Positions 13,531 through 64,000 of a DNA stretch of 64,000 nt are shown here, one piece after another; position 1 is the first letter of the stretch; every line of letters begins with the position of its first letter. This DNA is from Hormiphora californensis (lineage: Eukaryota; Animalia; Ctenophora), in assembly GCA_020137815.1 (NCBI GenBank), contig CM035357.1:3844001-3908000 (forward strand), written 5' to 3'. The translations under genes were made by a program, and so were the position numbers. The notes below the pieces were generated by a model. The model saw nothing but the letters and a program-made list of their open reading frames with translations. It did not search any database and had not been told where the DNA came from.

Positions 13531-14211
13531 GACAAGGACAATAAATGTCTGTCAAGGGAGCTGGAAAAACATTTGAGATTGGGTACAAGAACTCGTTCAT
13601 TTGAGGCAGCGACATAGCACGTGTCATTCCAGTTCATACAACAGATTTTCAGTTGACGCGAGCTAGAGGAGCATATATAATGATGCCCAAATAAGGTCAA
13701 AATGCACAGTAAACTAGTGCGCGAGGAAAGAACGTGTACCCAATCGATCATTATAGAAGGAAAACACGTTGGATTTACTTGGCTACAAAATAGATAGTAT
13801 TCTCTCTGTGATGGAATTGAGAGAGTTAACACAACTTTAAACTGATTCAACAGTGAAGTAGTATACTTTCCTCTTTCATTTATTTGTTTTTCAATCATAT
13901 TTTATTTGTAATTTCCCTCCATCAAATCTCCCTGAGACAATTTATTGCTCGGCAAGTGTCTCACACATCTATCACGATATGAGGGAGAATGAATGTACTG
14001 GGAATGAATCGACACTCAACTATTAGAGAATGAATATACTGGGAGAAGAGACCTAATATTGTAACATACAATGAGCATATCTATCTATCTAGGCATTATA
14101 TCTCAGCTCGTTCAAGTATATTAAGGCCTCTCATAGGTGCAAATATTAGTGAATTTTACAAAATATCTGGTTCAGTAGTATAGAAAAAGGGTCCCTTGTT
14201 AGATCAAAATC

Positions 14212-15476
<1,265 letters not shown>

Positions 15477-15866
15477 CTAGTAGATATAGGGTGGGAGAAT
15501 GGAGAGGTGGGAGATGGAGTAGGAGAGGGGTGGGAGAGGGGGTACGAGATATTGAGGGAAGAAGAAAACCGATAATCGATTCCCGGAAAACACTGCACTA
15601 AAACTTTACACATTTCAACTTCGACTTACTGTACAAATACTTTAGCCCGCAATAAAATAAACATCATGAGAAATAACATAAAACGTGGTATAGTGATGTT
15701 TGAATTTAAAATCCTATCTAATCAAAGCAACCCCATAAAATAAATTCCGTTATCTCAATGTGTGTCTAGTGTGTACCCGACCCTCAATTTCGGTAGCCAG
15801 TCGCAGTCGGGTACATTTAAACTCAAATAGTCCAACTAAAATATACTTCGTTAAGTAAACCATGTC

Positions 15867-20873
<5,007 letters not shown>

Positions 20874-21096
20874 CTACGTGTGGTTTGTGGTTAGAGAGAG
20901 AGAGGAGAGAGACGAGAGAAGAAGTAGAGCCATTGGAGACATAATACCCAGGTAGAAGCACAGAAACGTAGAGTGAGCAGGAAACCGGAGATGTGAGGAG
21001 CCTTCACAGCCACCCGGGCGGGACGACCCGAACGTGAGCGGTGTGGTACCATCGAAAGAGAGTAGAGAGATGGAGAGAGAGGAGAGAGAGACGGAG

Positions 21097-21127
<31 letters not shown>

Positions 21128-21458
21128 GGGAGAGAGGAGGAGAGAGAGAGGGGAGAGACGGGATGAGAGTGATAGAGATAGAGTAGGAGGATAGAGAGAT
21201 AGAGAAAGCTGAAAGAGATAGAGTAGAAGGATAGATGAATAAGTGTCATAGAGACCACAGGTCTTTCAGTGGTAACTTGGGGTAACTGACGTAAAGGGGG
21301 AAAACAAAAATTAAAAGGGAGTTAAAAAATCTCAATCAAACAAAGTTAGCAATTACATTTAAACCATAGATCGGAAAAGATATTAGAGGAGAGATGATGT
21401 GTTGTATACACAGTCACAATCAACACCCACATCAAATAATGGGTACTGGTGTAAGCTA

Positions 21459-21489
<31 letters not shown>

Positions 21490-21513
21490 ATCTTCTCTCT
21501 CTCTCTCTCTCCT

Positions 21514-21574
<61 letters not shown>

Positions 21575-21658
21575 ATTCTCCCCAGAACGCCCCCACGTTT
21601 CACACGAAATACACGACACAAGACACACAAGATCTGAATTCTAAACCAGCAAGAGTTC

Positions 21659-23138
21659 TCAGTTGGCAGGTTGTTGAAGCGTCAGGGTCACTTTAACTGT
21701 AGGTATCATTTCAATCTGAAACGAGGCAAATTCTCAAATTCCCCTGATAAACTTCACTATATAAACTTAAAAAATTCAGTTAACTATTGATTTGTTTTAC
21801 CTCAGCTGCAACAGAGCATGGTAGCCCAAAGTTGGGAAAGGGACCCTTGACGACTCCACAGGTAAAAGCTACATACATCTCGCCCCTCTGTTTATATTGG
21901 TCACTCTGAAACAAGTATTGATAAAATTCTAATATTTTATGGTTGAAAATAATAATTATAAGCAGCAATTGTGTGTGTGAAGTTACACATTTCTATGTGG
22001 TTGGGTGACGCGCAATTCAAGCTCGTGCAACAAATGCTGAAACTGCATACTTTACTAATTCTGGACACTGCGCGCGGGACAAAGTTTGGGATTTGTGAGT
22101 GCCTGGCTTCATCATAAACATGATAAATAAAATAAAGAAATCAGAAATCAGAGGACCATGGTACGCTTTGAATTGTTAATTAACATGAAAGTCTATTACC
22201 TGACTAACACGAGTTAGAAATCTGAATCTGTTATCTTGAATAACGAAGGTGCCAGTATGATTCGTTTTCAAGTTGTCTGCCTGCTTTCTAAACACCATGT
22301 TCCAAAGGTCCTAAACGGGAGAGAGAGGTAGGGGTTGGTAACGAAATTAACCCTCCGTGCAAGCTCACTATACAGCGTATTAGGGTTGGTAACGAAGTTA
22401 CCCCTCCCTTGCCGGCGCGGCGTGCGAAGCACGCCAAACGAAGGCCGCGAAGCTAAACAGAGTGTGAGGTGTCTTCGATACCAAGTATTAGGGGTGACTT
22501 CGTAACTGAAGGTAGGGGGAAGTTTGAATATATTTGAAGGGTGTGAGAACTGTATAGAAACCAGTGGTAGTAAACACTAAATTCTAAGTTGTAATTACAA
22601 TAATAAGTTGTAAGTATATTAATAAGCTGTAATTATATTAGTTATTGTAATTATGTATGTACAACTTACCTTACAAATATATTTCACAATATCAACATCC
22701 TCTTTAACCCTAGCTTCCTCCTTGGTCGCTTTTTCAATCAGACTAAACCCCACCCTGTATCCCATCTTCTCCATACACTGTATAACGTTCTCCCTTCCGT
22801 GGGTCTCCTGGATTTGAGATGGATGGAGAATATTTGGGGCGAATAATAATTCGAAATTATTTCCAATTGACATGTACCGGTGATAGTGCACGCCCGGAAG
22901 GTGGCCCACCGCTCTCGTTATCATGTGTTTATATGGGCGAATAATAATTAATTATTAAATAACAAAAACGCTTGGTAACAACATATAACTAGCAGGGATT
23001 CACCATGGTAACCACTCTAATCAAATATCAATCAACTAATAGTACACAATGGGATGGTGTGTTGGAGTTATTTACCTCAAAATATTTTATCATCTGGTGA
23101 TGGAGGCCGTCAAACAGACTATCAGGAGCATACGTCAT
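21659..23138 (-). CDS. TRAPPC6: Trafficking protein particle complex subunit 6 (Trs33); 5 exons
   Basis: Spliced product ..MEKMGYRVGFSLIEKATKEEARVKEDVDIVKYICKDLWNMVFRKQADNLKTNHTGTFVIQDNRFRFL..AFTCGVVKG..SVAAEIEMIPTVKVTL matches the TRAPPC6 family; all introns phase 0. Confidence 0.9.
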
Positions 23139-23477
23139 GATTAAGCTTTAGATAAAAATGCAATGAGTTATAGATTAAGGATGAGTGAGAGGAGATTGAG
23201 CAAGCAAGAGAGGTCAGAGGGGTGGGGTAGGGACTCCCTACTAGGGAGGGGGTAAGAAAACGCAAAGCTGAACAGAATAAAGTAAAGTATATATTTTACA
23301 TTAGACATGAGTGTTGAAAGCTCACACTTATATTCTAGAGTCTGTGCGATTGTGTCACAAAAACAGAACAGTGTCGCTCAAACAGAACAGTGTAAGAAGT
23401 CTCTTTCTGCTTCTCACAATCTCGATTGTATCTATCTTTTTCTTTTCGGATAGTGATAACCATAGTGAGTAGTTTAT

Positions 23478-23577
23478 TTGAAAGATATCGGTTGCCGGGG
23501 TAACCAACTACATTTCAAAGATATCGGTTGCAGGGGTAACCAACTACATTTCAAAGATATCGGTTGCCAGGGTAACC
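23478..23577. repeat. 36-bp tandem repeat x~3 copying the last codons/stop of the GPS2-like gene
   Basis: (TTCAAAGATATCGGTTGCnnGGGTAACCAACTACAT) repeated. Confidence 0.85.
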
Positions 23578-26500
23578 ACGGTTTTTGGGCATCATGTGAC
23601 TCGGAGGTAGAGGGATCGGTGGCATTCCCGGAGGTGGCTGGGGTGGTGGAGGCAACATCCCTGATAATAATAAGTTGATTTAGCAACAAACTTTTAAACT
23701 CCAGAAAAATAATTACACGTAGGGGAATCAGTAGTTCAGTGGCCCAATAAAAAGGGAGAGTCTTAAATCTCAAATTTCTCCGGCACCTTAATTCCAATGG
23801 TTCTGAAAATCAAGATTTAAGACTCTCCCTTTTTATTGGGCCACGCGGTACCTGGTAGACGAGGGGAATGGGGCGGGTAGACAGCTCCAGGATAAGGGCT
23901 CAACATGGGGCTGTGGAGGGGCGAGGAGTGAGGCATCATGGGCATGGGGCCCGCAAACTGGCTCGGATGGGTCGGAGAAAGGAATGACATGGGGGGAGGA
24001 TGGAAAGAGTTGTAAGGAGGTACTGATTTGGGACTGTTGGAGCCATAACTCTGAAATTGAGTAGATTAGTAGACTCATTCCAACTTATTAGGGACACATG
24101 AAAAATGTACGCGAGAGAAAAAAGGGAGGGCGGAGGCCCTGCTGTTCTCTGCCCTTTCCCAACAGATTTCCTAATTACTAAATCTGATCTACAAATCCCA
24201 GAGATTATTAATGGCTTACCATAGCGGCAGCTGAGGAGGCCGAGACGGGCGATGCCAACACTTTCTTCGTTGATTTAGGGGGAGGTGGTGGAGGTGGTGG
24301 TGGGGGAGGAGTGGTCCTTTTTTCATGTTGGGGCGGTTTTACTTGGTCTGGTTTATAAACTGTGACCAACTCCGGGGAGGGTGATTGTATGTCTGGGGAT
24401 CTTCCTCTCTTTCTTGTCTTACCATCCTGCGTGGTGAAAAGGACGATTATAATCTTGGGAAATTTCGGATATATTTCCGAATTGAAACCCAGATGAAGAT
24501 TTACCTAAAATTTTGGGACAAAAAACCTTGGAGAACTTTAGATCTACCTCTTGATTTAAACTAATTAACTACTTTACCTCTTCGCGTGTTGCATCTGAGA
24601 GACTTCCTCCGTAACTAAGGGACAGTGCAGCAAGAAGGTCCGATGAGGAGGTTGGGGTTGGGGCAGCAGGTTCTTGGGGAGGTTTAGCGCCACTTGGACC
24701 ACCTATAAAATCATCAAACTAGAGAGACTGCAGGTGTCGTGCATAATACAATCATAGGTTATAAATCTATTTTATTTGGTCAGATAACAAACTAACGATA
24801 GACCAAAAAACCAACGTTTTGTGTATTTTTAAAACTAAAGATATGCACAGAGATGAGATAAAATTCTTACCAGTTACCGCTGCCGCTGCACCACCAGTAC
24901 TAGCAGCATTTCCACCTGCTGCTGCCGCTGCTGCTGCGTTCCCCTCTATACTACTGCAGGTGTTACCAAATAGGGCCGACTGGAAGGCGAACTCGAGAAG
25001 ACTGCTCCCCGAAGTGTCTGCTTTTTTGTCACCCCCTTTATCATGTGGACTCTGAAGGAGAGGGGTTCAGTACATCCAGCATTTGTAGCAATTATTTTCA
25101 AAAATTGAAGCAAATATTTTTTAATGATTTACCTTAGGAATCTTCTTAGGAACACTCGCAGTTTGGGAAGTTGGCCATGACATAACTTTGGAGTGAATTT
25201 CAGCTTTGCTAATCTTAATCACCGGCGGCAGGTCCGAATCCGAATCCCTACTGTTTTGTCGCTGGTGACATAGCAGTGTTGGTGCCTCTGCCGGTCTTGG
25301 TGGCTCTGTATTACGGCTAGTAGTCTCACTTGATCTTCGTTGTTTTGGCTCCAAAACTGGGCTGGTCTCACTTTTTTTCGGTGCTGCTGGTTTAACCTCA
25401 GTAGCAACAGCTGGTGGATGGAACCTGGAGGTTCAGCTTTTTTAACCTCCGGTTGTTTCTTGTCATCTAAATTATCCAGTTAGAGGATGACCCTGGTCCC
25501 GACAACTGGATCAGAAATTCTTCTAGATGAAGATGATCCCTGATCACCTCCACTCTCCTGACTCCACCGCCGCTCAAACCGGATTAAAGGGAGGTCCTGT
25601 GGGGTATCCAGGTTTTGGTTTTGTAGGCAGCTACAACTGGAGGTGGATCAGATTTCAGTGAAGCTAGGCTCAGAAGTTTTCAGCCACTGGCATGTTCAGT
25701 TTTCGTAAGTTCACTTTTCACCGGCTCGGTTGGGTGATCAACAGCCATGGAGGACATTTCACGCATCCTAGCTTTGCTCAGAGTGTGTTCGAATGTCTTG
25801 GTGAAGTAGTCCATCCTTTCTTCCCGGGTGGCCGGATAGGACGGTCTAGATGGTCTCTCCCAGGGTCGTGGGAAAGTGGAGTGGATGGAGTCGTAGTCGC
25901 AGAGGGCTGTAAAAGAATATCAGAATTAGGAGAAGATCCGTATCAAACTGATAATTACATGCACATTTATAACACCCACTTATATCTGGATTGGGTGTGT
26001 TATAACGGAAGCTCTGGAGTTAATGATAAACCGGGACATACATGGGGATCTTTCATCAACACTCAGCCTCTCTGGCCGCCTTAATCAAGTCAAGTAAGTC
26101 ACTTCTAAGCAAAACAATCTGTTATGCTAGGCCACCATTGCGCTTGCTAGCGCAGTGACTAACCGGACTCATTTCAGATGGTTTCCTTGGGGTAAGTGGC
26201 TCCATTCCAAAGGGAGGTCCCGGATAGTAGGGTGAGGGGGTGGTCGTCAGAAGAAGGGGTTGTTCTCCCTCTGTTGGCTCCTCCTCCTCTGCAGTAGGGA
26301 GGAGAGATTTCAGCTGTTCAAATAGCTTGTGTTTCTCCTCACTCTGAAATTTTATTAATTAGTTTGAGTGTTTTAAATGTTGTATTTGTGTTTTAAATTT
26401 ACTATTTGTTTTGTTCAAACGTTTTTTATTTCCCCGTGTGGGCGCGGTGAAACAGGGTCAAGCAAGGCAATCAAGGAATTAATACTCATGATAATAAACT

Positions 26501-26930
26501 CCTGTAACAGGTTCTTACAAGGCTCTGTCGTTTCTTTTTCAGCTCCAACAAGCTCTCCTCAGAGATCTCCACCCCCACCAGATCCGGATCGACCTGATTG
26601 TGATCGTGCAGCCACTTGTACTTTCTGTTCTGTATTGCATCTTTCTTCTCATACACTGCCCTGGAGAAAGGGAGAGATTGGGTTGGTATGTGCCAGTACC
26701 AAAAATGAAACCAACCCCAAAGATCTTAGGAATTGGTTTCATTTTCGGTTCATACTCTTTATGAACAACAAGCCATGATTTTCAGATTTTGGTGAGTTGA
26801 CCGATAATTCCATCACCGACTGATTTCTCTTTCCATACCTTTTACGAGTGATGTAGAGGGCGAGGGCATGCTTTTGCACGTCCGTTAAGGGTGGGGGCGC
26901 CGGGAACACCACCCGACTTGGTACCACCAT
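23551..26930 (-). CDS. GPS2: GPS2-like protein (N-terminal coiled coil plus long Pro-rich tail); ~10 exons, middle exons carry apparent frameshifts
   Basis: PPLTDVQKHALALYITRKR resembles GPS2 PKLSNAMARALHRHIMMER, and SLSEEKHKLFEQLKSLL resembles ALQEEKHQLFLQLKKVL. The downstream phase-compatible Pro-rich exons end ..RGYPGNRYL*. Confidence 0.7.
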
Positions 26931-28170
26931 GCCACAATTCAAGCTATTAGTACTAAATGGTGATGGGGGTTGAGCTGGGGTTGTTTATGAATATATAATA
27001 GGTTAACATTGCAGTCTCCTGTATCAGGGGACATGGAGGCCCGTAGGGCCGACCGCCGAGCTGAGGGCGTAGGCCGTAGCGTACAATCCTGCTACAGGTT
27101 GCTATTTAATTCTCTTAAGTCTCCTAGCTGTCACCTGGAGGCATATGAAACTTTTAGGGATCGTTAATGATAGCGTGTGACGTGTGGTGCACATGAATTC
27201 GTGTGTTCGTATAGCGTTGGCTATCAATACGGACACCGTAAATTATTGTTAACGTGTGGTATGCACGTGAAAATTGATAAATTTCGCATGCGCGGTCATT
27301 TGGGGGTGACAACTTCAAAAAATCCGACTTTAATATGAAATGCATATATTACATTTACATAGAATTGCTATGTTTTGCACGCAAGCAGTTCACATTTTAT
27401 TAGAATTGCACTTTTTTTTGGCTACAGGAACCTCGAGCATTGCGGGGGTATGGATATTATTCATTGGCATATGCTACAAACCCCATTTTTTGGGCCAGAC
27501 GCAAGCGGACGACGGGAAAGGGCAGCCCGCAACACTTTTCAAAATCGTTTGTCAATTTAAAAAAAAGTGCCCAAACTTTATAAAAGTTTAAAAACTGTCA
27601 ATGCGGCGCAAGATTGATTTTTACCGCGCGTTACATTTCATATGTAACGCGCGCTTTTATTATTACTTTAAAGCGACTCGAGTTTCACATTTAATTTTTT
27701 TTAAAACTCGAACTCTTATCTCAGATTTAAAAAAAAATTAACGCAAAATCTTCCTGCGTGCCCCCTGGCCCCCGATCAGATAGAGACTTCAGATTTTGAA
27801 TTCAGGAACTAGGAAGAGCGTGTCGAGTTCTTCCTTAGTCTCCAGGTATCTTACCGGATCTCAGATATATAATTTGTGACAAATCGAGGGTTGGCGGCCG
27901 GCGGGCAATGGGCAATCAAAAACCCCGACTTTACATGAAAGTGGCACAACTAGTAGATCCAAGTGTGCGAGTGGGAATCAATAACGGGTTCTCATGAGTT
28001 CTTGGGTGAAAGGGTCCATCGCGACATTCTCGCCTATGATAAGTCATAAATTTTTGACCCCCCCCCCTTATGATGATTTCACTTTTTAGTGACGTACTGC
28101 CTTACTAAATAATAACCCCCCCCCTTGTTATAGCTGTTTGATGTATTAGGACTTAGGTAAATCTGCAACC

Positions 28171-64000
<35,830 letters not shown>

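Noticed and set aside
10586-13898. Three 900-1100-aa Cys-rich ORFs (keratin-associated/metallothionein-like appearance)
   Set aside because: All three frames are open with the same repeated peptide because the satellite lacks stop triplets on that strand; there is no signal peptide or non-repetitive coding context.
23551-25400. WASP/WIP/formin-like actin regulator suggested by poly-proline
   Set aside because: No WH2, WH1 or FH2 motif seen; the exons join to a GPS2-like N-terminus.

Overview
Intron-rich, repeat-rich eukaryotic (animal) DNA, most likely from a ctenophore of the Pleurobrachia type. That assignment is inferred from recalled repeat families, a ctenophore-type extracellular domain and nested intronic genes, not from a database search. 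I reconstructed gene models by hand from GT-AG sites and phase matching. Left to right: a 5'-truncated LINE RT fragment; an orphan secreted Cys-rich protein; a gene with a CARD-like domain; a 2.9-kb minisatellite; and a tight minus-strand cluster (GPS2-like > TRAPPC6 > UMP-CMP kinase B > UMP-CMP kinase A). From 28171 to the window end runs a laminin beta-like gene with unusual architecture: an extra N-terminal domain and tandem LF/beta-knob-like repeats. Its introns carry an antisense Shaker-type Kv channel, an antisense class A GPCR, a 19-bp satellite and many MITEs. The most striking object is a 3,501-bp element at 57364-60864. It has Polinton/Maverick-type ends (AGTAGT...ACTACT, 579-bp TIRs, 6-bp TSD) and only three small intronless TATA-preceded ORFs, with no polymerase core, integrase or capsid. 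It is a candidate gene-carrying 'mini-Polinton' satellite. A few frameshifts at 19-26 kb look like consensus errors.
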